A stretch of DNA of 64,000 nt, from positions 352,001 through 416,000 of the forward strand of contig CAVXPZ010000004.1 in assembly GCA_963763775.1 (NCBI GenBank). Direction: 5' to 3'. Both the position numbers and the translations under genes were made by a program. Positions 47,759-56,473 of this stretch are shown in pieces. The DNA comes from an uncultured Chloroflexia bacterium. Lineage in GTDB: Bacteria > Chloroflexota > Limnocylindria > Limnocylindrales > CSP1-4. Each line of letters starts with the position of its first letter. Positions within the stretch are counted from its first letter, which is position 1. The notes below the pieces were generated by a model. It ran no database searches and was not told the origin of the DNA. It saw nothing but the letters and a program-made list of their open reading frames with translations.

Positions 47759-49581
47759 GTCCGCCCCGGCTTCCCGGCGACCCACGCGAGCAGCGCGTCG
47801 CGATCGCGGGTGTTCAGGACGTCCTCGGCACGGACCCACGCGCGACGCGCCTGGCTGATACCCCACCGGACATAGTCGAGTTCGTCGGTCTTGTGCGCAT
47901 CTGAATCGATCGAGAGCACGCAGCCGTCGGCGACGGCCCGGCGAGCCCGCTCCGCCGCGAGGTCCAGGCGGTGGGGCGAGCCATTGATCTCGAGCGCGGT
48001 CCCGGTGCGCGCCGCCTCGGCGTAGACCTGGTCCCAGTCAAGGTCGAGGTCGTCCCGGCCGCCGAGCATGCGGCCGGCCGGATGGGCGATGACGTCGACG
48101 TGGGGGCTGCGGATCGCGTTCAAGGTCCGTCGCGTGAGATCGGCCCGCGGCTGGCGACGTGACACGTGGAGCGAGGCGACCACGAGGTCGAACGCCGCGA
48201 GCACGTCGTCCTCGAAGTCGAGCGCCCCGTCCGCCCGGATCTCGAGCTCGCAGCCGTGCAGCAGCCGGAAGCCGCCGGGCGGCGTCTCCGGCGGGGCGGT
48301 ACCGGCCGCTTCCTCGTCGGCGAACCGCGCGTTCAGGCGGGCGACGATCTCGCGCTGCTCGGCGACCTGGTCGGGCGTCAGGCCGCGGGCGATCGCGAGG
48401 GACTGCGTGTGGTCGGTGAGCACCTGGTAGGCGTAGCCGCGTCGGCGTGCGGCCTCGGCCATGACCTCGATGGCGTGCGTGCCGTCCGTCCAGTCGGAGT
48501 GGGTGTGCAGGTCGCCGCGAAGGTCCCCGACATCGATGAGGTCCGGGAGGGTGCCCGCGAGCGCCGCCTCGATCTCCCCGGCATCCTCGCGCAGCTCCGG
48601 CTCGATGAACGGGAGTCCGAGGAACGCGTACGCCTCCGTCTCGGTGGCGAACGTCCGGAGCTCGGCGGCGTCGCCGGTCAGCGGTGCGCCGTCCTCGCCG
48701 ATCCGCAGGAACCCCTTCTCGGAGAGCGACCATCCCAGGTCGCGGGCCATCGCGCGCAGCCGGACGTTGTGCTCCTTCGAGCCGGTGAAGTGGATCCGAT
48801 ACGTCCCGGCCTCGCCGGGCGGCATGACCATCAGGTCCACCTGTGGGCCGCGCAGCAGGCGGATCGCCGCCTTGTAGCCCCCCGCGTTGACCACATGGTC
48901 CACGCTGCCGAGTGTGGTGAACCGCTCGATGAGGGCCGGCGCGGCGTCGGTCTCCGCGAGGATGTCGAGGTCGCCGATGGTCTCGCGGCGCCGGCGGAAC
49001 GACCCGGCCGGCTCGAGGCCGCGGACCCCGGGGGTCGGGGCGAGCGCCTCGATGACGCCGGTGACGGTCGTCTCGGCACGGTCGAGCAGCATCCGGTCGG
49101 GCGTGGCGTCGAGCCGCGCGATGCCCTCGAGGACCAGCGCCTCGGTCTTGGCCGACATGCCCTTCAGCTCGCGCAGCCGGCCGGCCTCGGCGGCCTCGCG
49201 CAGGTCGTCCATCGAGGCGATCTGCAGCTCGAGGTGCAGCTGTCGCACGGTCTTGGGGCCGAGGCCCGGGATCCGCAACAGCTCCACGAGCCCCGGCGGG
49301 ATCTCGGCCCGCAGGCGGTCGTAGAACGCCATGTGCCCGGTGGTGGCGAGCTCCTCGATCTTGTCGCTGATCGCCTTGCCCACGCCCGGGATGCGGGGCG
49401 GCGTCCCCGCGCGGTAGGCGGCGACCAGGTCGACCGGGCTCCGGCCGATGGTGTCGGCGGCCCGGTGGTAGGCGACGGTCTTGAAGACGAGCTCGCCCTT
49501 GACCTCGAGCATGTCGCCGATCTCGTGGAAGATGCGGGCCAGGTCGCCGTTCGTGAGCTGGTCGGGCGGGGCGTCGGTCAC
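47755..49581 (-). CDS. polX: DNA polymerase X with PHP domain
   Basis: HhH motifs PGVG/PGLGPK; GSFRR..GDLD; VDL; FTGSKEHN; PHP motifs DLHTHS, TDH and SDAH. Confidence 0.93.
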   Translation of the reverse strand: MTDAPPDQLTNGDLARIFHEIGDMLEVKGELVFKTVAYHRAADTIGRSPVDLVAAYRAGTPPRIPGVGKAISDKIEELATTGHMAFYDRLRAEIPPGLVELLRIPGLGPKTVRQLHLELQIASMDDLREAAEAGRLRELKGMSAKTEALVLEGIARLDATPDRMLLDRAETTVTGVIEALAPTPGVRGLEPAGSFRRRRETIGDLDILAETDAAPALIERFTTLGSVDHVVNAGGYKAAIRLLRGPQVDLMVMPPGEAGTYRIHFTGSKEHNVRLRAMARDLGWSLSEKGFLRIGEDGAPLTGDAAELRTFATETEAYAFLGLPFIEPELREDAGEIEAALAGTLPDLIDVGDLRGDLHTHSDWTDGTHAIEVMAEAARRRGYAYQVLTDHTQSLAIARGLTPDQVAEQREIVARLNARFADEEAAGTAPPETPPGGFRLLHGCELEIRADGALDFEDDVLAAFDLVVASLHVSRRQPRADLTRRTLNAIRSPHVDVIAHPAGRMLGGRDDLDLDWDQVYAEAARTGTALEINGSPHRLDLAAERARRAVADGCVLSIDSDAHKTDELDYVRWGISQARRAWVRAEDVLNTRDRDALLAWVAGKPGRT

Positions 49582-49597
49582 GCCCCGATGGTAGCGG

Positions 49598-51028
49598 CTA
49601 GCCGGCCACGACCCGGTTGCGGCCGTTGCGCTTGGCGCGGTAGAGCGCCCGGTCGGCGTCCTCGATGAGCTGCTCGATCGGCTGGTCGTCATGGTCCGCG
49701 ACCGCGACGCCCACCGACACGGTCACGCCCGGGATCCGCAGCCGCGACAGGTCGAGCGCGGCGACCGCCGCCCGGACCCGCTCACCGACCTCGACGGCCA
49801 CCGGTCCTGTCGGGTTGCGCAGGAGGACGACGAACTCTTCGCCGCCATAGCGAGCCGGGACGTCATCGTCACGGACCGCGCGCACGATGGCGCCCCCGAC
49901 GGCCTTGAGGACGTCGTCGCCGGCGGCGTGCCCGAACCGGTCGTTGAGGGTCTTGAACTTGTCGATGTCGATCATGAGCACGCCGATGGCGTCCTCGGCC
50001 CGGCGCCGCCGCGCGAGCAACCCGCAGAACTCGTCGAAGTAGCGGCGGTTCGGGAGGCCCGTCAGGGCGTCGGTCGACGCCTCCACCTCGGCCGCGCGGT
50101 GCGAGCCAGCCCGCGAGAGCGCGGCCGACGCCTCGAGGGCCGCGCCGGTGAGCAGGCGGCGCGTGGCGGCCGGCCACGGCGCCGCGTTCCGGCGCGACAG
50201 CACGATGGCGCCGATCACGCCGTCGCTCGCCCGCAGCGGCGCCGCGAGCATGTGGGTCAGCCCATACGCGCCGCGGACCTGGTCGGCGATCCGGTCCGCC
50301 GCGAGCTGCGCCGCCGCCACGTTCATCGAGGGCGGCCGCGCCGGTGCCCGCCGGTCGCGATCCATCGCGGTGCGCCGGGTCTCCCCCGACAGGCGGGCCG
50401 AGAGGTCGCCGAGCGCCGCCTCGCCCCGACGCCGCCAGCCGTCGGGATCGTCGGTCCCGCGTCGACCGACGGGGACGGCCGCCGCCGCGACCGCGATCCG
50501 GGCCTCGGCGGCCGCGCCGGCCATGACGGGCACGGCGACGAGCGGTCGCGACGACGGTGCCCGCTCGTCGGCGTCGAGGAGGGGCAGCAGCGTCGTCGAC
50601 GGCGGGACGCCGGGACGGGCGCTGATCAGCGTCGCCTGGAGGGCCTTCGCCTCCGGCCGGCGGCGCGCCACGACGATGTGGTCGGCGCCGGTCGAACCCG
50701 CGAGCTCCTCGACGATCGCGGCGACGATGGCGTCCTCGGAGACCGATCGCGACAGGCCGGACAGGATCCGGGCGAAGGACTCCGCCTCGGCACGACGGCC
50801 GACCTCGAGCGCCGTGACGGCCTCGCGGTGGCGGATGGCGGCGATCCCCACGACCACGACGAGCGCCGCGAGGACCCAGTCGAGCGGGCGGGCGCCGTCG
50901 ATCAGCAGCCGGGCGAGAAGGAGGAGGGCGAGCAGGAGGATGGTCCCGGCGAAGACCCACCATGAGCGTCGGATCCGCGGATCCAAGGGGGGTCCGTCGT
51001 GCGGCGGGCGCCGGGTGGGTTCGCTCAC
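49598..51028 (-). CDS. Membrane-anchored GAF-GGDEF diguanylate cyclase
   Basis: 2 N-terminal TM; DALTGLPNRR, DIDKFK and RYGGEEF. Confidence 0.9.
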   Translation of the reverse strand: MSEPTRRPPHDGPPLDPRIRRSWWVFAGTILLLALLLLARLLIDGARPLDWVLAALVVVVGIAAIRHREAVTALEVGRRAEAESFARILSGLSRSVSEDAIVAAIVEELAGSTGADHIVVARRRPEAKALQATLISARPGVPPSTTLLPLLDADERAPSSRPLVAVPVMAGAAAEARIAVAAAAVPVGRRGTDDPDGWRRRGEAALGDLSARLSGETRRTAMDRDRRAPARPPSMNVAAAQLAADRIADQVRGAYGLTHMLAAPLRASDGVIGAIVLSRRNAAPWPAATRRLLTGAALEASAALSRAGSHRAAEVEASTDALTGLPNRRYFDEFCGLLARRRRAEDAIGVLMIDIDKFKTLNDRFGHAAGDDVLKAVGGAIVRAVRDDDVPARYGGEEFVVLLRNPTGPVAVEVGERVRAAVAALDLSRLRIPGVTVSVGVAVADHDDQPIEQLIEDADRALYRAKRNGRNRVVAG

Positions 51029-51149
51029 GTCGGATATAGAGGATGGCGGTCCGGGACCGTCGCGTCCAGCCCTCCGGGGAGTACTCCCGGCGGTCGGGAC
51101 CTAGTACCTTCGTACTACTCGGCTGGCGGGGGCGCCGCCGGCCGGCCGG

Positions 51150-53348
51150 TCAGGCGGCCGCCTCCGGGGCGGACGAGGCGTCGTGGCCGCCGCCGCGTTT
51201 GACCTCGTAGAGCGCGTGGTCCGCCGCAGCGATCAGATCGGTGGCGCTCCGGCCGCTGGCCGGGTAGGTCGCGACGCCGATCGAGGCGGCCATCGGCACG
51301 GGTCCGCGCTGCTCCCAGACGAACGGATGGTCGCGGAACGCCGCGAGGATGCGGTCGGCGGCGACCCGGGCATCTGCCGCGTCCGTCTCGGGCAGGACGA
51401 TCGCGAACTCGTCGCCGCCGTAGCGCGCCGGAACGTCGGAGGCGCGCAGGGTCGAGCGGATGAGCTCCGCGGTCCAGGTCAGGACGCGGTCGCCGAACAG
51501 GTGGCCGAAGGTGTCGTTGACGAGCTTGAAGTCGTCGAGGTCCAGCATCAGCAGGCTCAACGGCCGCCGGCCGCGCTGAGCGCGGATGATCTCCTCCCCG
51601 AGCCGCTCGTGCAGGAACCGGTGGTTGTAGAAGCCGGTGAGCGGGTCACGGTCGGCGAGGTTGCGAGCGTCCTCGTACAGACGGGCGTTCTCGAGGGCCA
51701 TGGCGGCCTCGTTGGCCATCGTCCGACCCAGCTGGAGCCGCTCCGCGTCGAGCATGATCGGCGTCTTCGAGAACAACTCCACCAGCCCGATCGCCTGGCC
51801 CTTGGCGACCAGCGGGAGCATGGCCAGGACCCGGTTCCCGTCCTGGATCAGGAGCTTGACCTCGGCCGGGTCCGCGTCGGGGTCGTCGCGGTCGATGATG
51901 ACCGCCTCCTGGCGCTCGAGCACCCGCAGGGTCTCCGGGAAGGCGGAGACGTCGTACCACGGGTCCATGTCGTCGAATTTCGGCGCCGGGTAGTAGCCGA
52001 GCGAGTCGACCCGGCCGGTGGCCCGATCCCAGTAGCTGATGGCGCATTCGTCGACGCCCATGGCGCGGGCGAGGTGCCCGGCCATGAGGTTCGCGACCTG
52101 GCGCGGGTCGAGGCTCTCCGACAGTTCCGCGCTCATGTCGAGCAGGCGCCGCAGCTCCCCGGCGAGGTCCTGGGTCCGCGCGAGCAGCCGCGCGGATTCG
52201 ACCGCGGTCGCCGCCTGGTCGGCCAGGATCGCCAGCAGGCGCAGGTCGTCGGCGTCGAATTGGTCAAGCCCGAGCTTCGAGAGCGTGATGACGCCGACGA
52301 TCGCCTGGTCGTAGCGCATCGGCACGACGAGCATCGATTCGTCGACATCGTCGGTGCCCGGGATGTTCTGGCCGCGCGGGTCGGCATTCGCGTCGTTGAT
52401 CAGCAGGGCCTCGCCGTGCAGCGCGACCCAGCCGGTGAAGCCCTCGCCGATCTTCGTGCGCAGCAGCGAGAAGTCCACCTGCTCGTAGGCCCCGACCGTG
52501 CCGGCGAACGCGATCGGGACGACGTCGTCCGGCGGCTCGATCAGATAGACCCGGGCGTTGTGGTAGTCGATGATCCGTCGCGTCTCCTCGACGACGGTGC
52601 GGCCGACGCCCTCCACGGTCCCGGCACGGCTCAGCCTGGCCGACGCGGCCTGCACCACGGCGAGCTGGGCGGCCCGCGCCTCGGTCTGCTCGAACAGCTC
52701 CGCGTTGGTGAGCGCGATGGCAGCGTGGGTCGCGAGGGTCGTGATGAACGCCACGTCGCCGCTGGTCCAGTCGCGCGGCTCGTACGTGACCGCCGCGAGC
52801 GCCCCGATGACCCGGTCGTGGTGGATGAGCGGGGCGATCAGGTCGCCGGCGAACGTGAGGATCCCCTCGTACTGCTCGAACCCGTGGCTGCGATCGCGCC
52901 GCACGTCCGGGAACGCGAGGACGCGGCCGGTCCGCAGGACCTCGCCGACCCAGCCCTCGTCGCGCCGGAAGTCGGGCAGCTCCGCGGCCACGTCGGTCGG
53001 CAAGCCGGCCCACGCCGCCACCGTCAGGCGGTCGTCGCGGAGGATGCGGATGGTCGTGGCGTCCGCTCGAAGGGCCCGTCGCGTCTCGTCGACGATCATC
53101 CGGAACAGCTCCTCGCGGTCGTGCGAGGCCGCGAGGCGCTCGGCGATCCCGAGGACCGTGTCGAGTCGCTCGGCGAGCTCCAACTCGAGCGACGGCGCGC
53201 CGACCATCGAGCGCACCTGGAGCGTCGGGGCTTCCCCGCCGAGGAGCCGCCGGAACAGCGACGGAGCCGGACCGGGGCGCGGCGTGCCGAACGATCCGGA
53301 CCCGGACACGCCGGTTCCGCGCTTGCCGTCGGATGGACGCACGCTCAC
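51150..53348 (-). CDS. Triple-GAF GGDEF diguanylate cyclase
   Basis: Three GAF repeats; DPLTG, DLDDFK, RASD (I-site RxxD) and RYGGDEF. Confidence 0.92.
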   Translation of the reverse strand: MSVRPSDGKRGTGVSGSGSFGTPRPGPAPSLFRRLLGGEAPTLQVRSMVGAPSLELELAERLDTVLGIAERLAASHDREELFRMIVDETRRALRADATTIRILRDDRLTVAAWAGLPTDVAAELPDFRRDEGWVGEVLRTGRVLAFPDVRRDRSHGFEQYEGILTFAGDLIAPLIHHDRVIGALAAVTYEPRDWTSGDVAFITTLATHAAIALTNAELFEQTEARAAQLAVVQAASARLSRAGTVEGVGRTVVEETRRIIDYHNARVYLIEPPDDVVPIAFAGTVGAYEQVDFSLLRTKIGEGFTGWVALHGEALLINDANADPRGQNIPGTDDVDESMLVVPMRYDQAIVGVITLSKLGLDQFDADDLRLLAILADQAATAVESARLLARTQDLAGELRRLLDMSAELSESLDPRQVANLMAGHLARAMGVDECAISYWDRATGRVDSLGYYPAPKFDDMDPWYDVSAFPETLRVLERQEAVIIDRDDPDADPAEVKLLIQDGNRVLAMLPLVAKGQAIGLVELFSKTPIMLDAERLQLGRTMANEAAMALENARLYEDARNLADRDPLTGFYNHRFLHERLGEEIIRAQRGRRPLSLLMLDLDDFKLVNDTFGHLFGDRVLTWTAELIRSTLRASDVPARYGGDEFAIVLPETDAADARVAADRILAAFRDHPFVWEQRGPVPMAASIGVATYPASGRSATDLIAAADHALYEVKRGGGHDASSAPEAAA

Positions 53349-53439
53349 CGCTCGATGGTGTCACCCCGGCCCGGGGACGACGGTCGGCCCGTGGTCCCGA
53401 GCTGGCCCGTACGGACGTACCAGCCCGGACGGGCTCGCG

Positions 53440-54871
53440 TCAGCCCGTGCCGGGGCCCGTGCGAGGACCCGAGCGGCTCCCGGTCTCCACGTCGTAGCCG
53501 GCGGCCTCCCATGCCGGGAACCCCTGGTCCACCCAGGTGGCGGCGGCGAACCCCGCTGCGCGCAGCAGCGAGGCAGCGATCGACGCCCGGAACCCGGCGG
53601 CGCACATCGTCGCGATGGGCCGGTCGCGCGGCAGCTCGTCCAGGCGGTCCGGCAGCGAACCGCCGTCGATGTGCCAGGCGCCCGGGACATGCCCGGCCGC
53701 GAACTCCGACGCCTGCCGGACGTCGATGAGCAGGGGGGCCGTCGCCCGGTCGCCCGGTGCCAGCGCTCGAGCCAGGTCGTCGATCGAGATGCGGGCGCCG
53801 CCCTCGACCGGGCGACCGTCTCCTTGCCAGGCTTCGAGGCCGACGAGTGCCCCGTCGACCGCGTCGCGCCCGATCCGGATCGCCTGGCGCATCAGGTCGT
53901 CGAGGTCGGTCGGGCGGGCCACCACGAGGACCACGGGCCGATCGAGGTCCACGACCCAACCGAGCCACGTCCCGAACGACTCGTCGCGCGGGATCGACAC
54001 CGAGCCCGGGATGTGCCCGGCGGCGTGTGCGGCCGCCGGCCGCGCGTCCACGACCTGCGCACCCTTCGCGATCGCCGCCGCGAACGCGGCCGGATCGAGC
54101 AGTGGCGGGATCGGAACGCGACCGCCCAGGAGCGCCGGCCCACCCTGGTTCGTCGGCCGCATCCGCGCGAAATAGCGTGGGATGGCCGGCTGGCCGACGA
54201 GCAGGGCGCGCGCGAAGGCCTCGATCTCGAGCGGGGCCGAGGAGGGGGTCCGTCCGCCGCTCGAAGCCGATCGTCGTGACGGGCTGCTCGCCGATCCCGG
54301 TGGAGCACAGCGAGCCGGCGCCGTGCGTCGGCCGGACCTCGACATCGTCGCCGAGGGGCAGGAGCACGTCGTGCAGCGAGTGGTACATGGCGTGGGCGTA
54401 CGGCACGGCGTTCCCGGCCCCCAGCAGGTCGGTCCGGCCGACCGCGCCGACCAGGAGCGAGCCGCCGCTGAACACGGTGGCCGGCTCGGACGGGCGATCG
54501 AGGTCGGCGACCGTGTAGGCCACGTGCTCGGGGGTGTGGCCCGGGGTGTGGAGCGCCGTGAACCGCAGCCGGCCCGCGTCGACGGTGGCGTGATCCGCGA
54601 GCCCTCGATGGTCGTAGCGGAGGGCCGCGCCCTCCCCGATCGCATGCGTGGCGCCGGTGAGGGCGGCGAGATCCCGTGCGCCCGAGACGTAGTCGTTGTG
54701 GAGGTGCGTCTCGACGACCGCGGTGATCCGCAGGCCGGCGGTCGAGGCCGCCTCGAGGTACACGTCCACATCGCGTCGCGGGTCGACGATGACCGCCGTG
54801 GCGGTCGCCTCGTGCACGACCATCGCGGACAGGTGGCCGAGCCCGCTGAGCGAGTAGGTCTCGATGCGCAT
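53440..54871 (-). CDS. MBL-fold hydrolase with two rhodanese domains (persulfide dioxygenase-like; frameshift at about 54240)
   Basis: ETHLHNDYVSG, TPGHTPEH and HGAGSLC; GHIPG, DVR..GHVPGA and CAAGFR. Confidence 0.88.
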
Positions 54872-54911
54872 CCGGCCGAGCGTAGCATCGAGGATGCGGG
54901 AGGGCCGACCG

Positions 54912-54955
54912 GCCCGGCGGCGGGCCTTGCGGCGCCCGGCGGCGGGCCTTGCGGC
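54912..54955. repeat. 22-bp tandem direct repeat (2 copies)
   Basis: GCCCGGCGGCGGGCCTTGCGGC x2, just upstream of a -35 box. Confidence 0.75.
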
Positions 54956-54970
54956 GCCCCGCCGCGCCTT

Positions 54971-55000
54971 TTGACCGCCCGTTCGAACCGGGATTACACT
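54971..55000 (+). promoter_or_regulatory. sigma70 promoter of the Mg-transport operon
   Basis: TTGACC-N18-TACACT. Confidence 0.65.
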
Positions 55001-55006
55001 CCGAGC

Positions 55007-55207
55007 GCGTCGGCGTCCATCGGACCCCGGCCGTCCCAGCCCGTTCTCGAGGTCAGATCGTTCCCGTGGACGACGGTCCCAGTCAGACGGCGCCCCATGG
55101 CGCCACGAACCACAGGATCCCGGTCCGTCCCGCCTTCTGACGGCTGACCGCGGCCCCATCCGGGTCGCGCCACCGCGGCGGGACGTCCCGCTCGCAAGGT
55201 GGCAACC
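55007..55207 (+). promoter_or_regulatory. Structured ~200-nt leader with alternative helices and possible leader peptide
   Basis: SD-sequestering hairpin 55169-55203; competing pairing 55126-55134/55177-55185; uORF 55066-55140. Confidence 0.45.
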
Positions 55208-56464
55208 ATGCTCTACCTGAGCCAGGCCATCGGCCGCCCGGTGCTCGACGTGAACGGCGAGCCCCTCGGCAAGGTCGACGACCTCATCGTCGCCGTCGGC
55301 GACCGCTACCCGCCGGTCACCGGCCTGGTCGTCGCGACCGACCGGCGTCGGATCTTCCTGCCCTGGTCCCACGTCGCCTCGTTCGATGCGACGGGGGCGC
55401 GCCTGTCGACCGACCGCATCGACATCACGAAGTTCCAGGGCCGGCCCGACGAGATCCAGCTGCGAGCGGACCTGCTCGACAAGCAGATCGTCGACATCGA
55501 CGGTCGCAAGGTCGTCCGGGTCAACGACCTCCGACTCGACGACGTGGACGGCAAGCTCCATCTCGTGGCCGTCGACGTCGGCGCCGCGGGCCTCCTCCGT
55601 CGGCTCGGCGTCGAGCACGGGTACCGCGTGCTGGCGCGGAACCTGCGGTTGCCGACGCCCGAGCGCTACATCGACTGGGAGGATGTCGACCCCGTGGAGT
55701 CGAGCATCGCCTCGATCAAGCTCCGCGTCCCGCATGCCGGCCTGAGCGAGCTCCACCCGGCGGACCTCGCGACGATCATCGACCAGCTCACCCCGCGTGA
55801 CCGTGCCGGCGTGCTGGCGGCCCTGGACGATGAGGCCGCCGCGGACGCGATCGAGGAGATGGAACCCGAGACGCAGGTGGAGGTCCTCGAGGACCTCGCG
55901 CCGGAGCGGGCCGCCGACATCCTCGAGGAGATGAGCCCGGACGACGCCGCGGACCTCGTGGCGGACCTCGACCAGACGACGCGCGACGAGATCCTCGCGC
56001 TGATGGAGAAGGACGAGGCCGAGGAGGTCCAGGAGCTGCTCGGGTACCCGGAGGACTCGGCGGGCGGCATCATGACCACCGAGTACATCGCGCTCGACGA
56101 GACCACGACGGCCGCGGAGTCGATCGACCGCCTCCGCGAGCTCGAGCCGGACGCCGAGACCATCTACTACGTCTACGTGACCGACGAGAACGACCGCCTG
56201 ACGGGCGTGCTGTCCCTGCGCGACCTCATCGTGGCCCAGCCCGACACGAGGATCCGCGACGTCATGATCCGCGAGCCGGTCGCGGTCGGCGTGCTCGCCG
56301 ACCAGGACGAGGTGGCCGAGGTGGTCGCCCACTACAACCTCCTCGCGGTCCCCGTGGTCGACGACGAGGAGCGGCTGGTCGGCATCGTCACCGTGGACGA
56401 CGCGATCGACACCGTGATCCCGACGGCCTGGAAGAAGCGCCTCCCGCGCGTGTTCAGCCGGTAG
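55208..56464 (+). CDS. Soluble MgtE-like protein (PRC barrels + MgtE_N + CBS pair, no TM domain)
   Basis: LHPADLA, MSPDDAADL, YPEDSAGGIMTTE and GIVTVDD; ends without a membrane domain. Confidence 0.9.
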   Translation: MLYLSQAIGRPVLDVNGEPLGKVDDLIVAVGDRYPPVTGLVVATDRRRIFLPWSHVASFDATGARLSTDRIDITKFQGRPDEIQLRADLLDKQIVDIDGRKVVRVNDLRLDDVDGKLHLVAVDVGAAGLLRRLGVEHGYRVLARNLRLPTPERYIDWEDVDPVESSIASIKLRVPHAGLSELHPADLATIIDQLTPRDRAGVLAALDDEAAADAIEEMEPETQVEVLEDLAPERAADILEEMSPDDAADLVADLDQTTRDEILALMEKDEAEEVQELLGYPEDSAGGIMTTEYIALDETTTAAESIDRLRELEPDAETIYYVYVTDENDRLTGVLSLRDLIVAQPDTRIRDVMIREPVAVGVLADQDEVAEVVAHYNLLAVPVVDDEERLVGIVTVDDAIDTVIPTAWKKRLPRVFSR

Positions 56465-56473
56465 GCCCCGACG

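Noticed and set aside
55007-55207. M-box (ykoK) riboswitch
   Set aside because: The conserved GGUGAGGCUCC-type core was not found by eye
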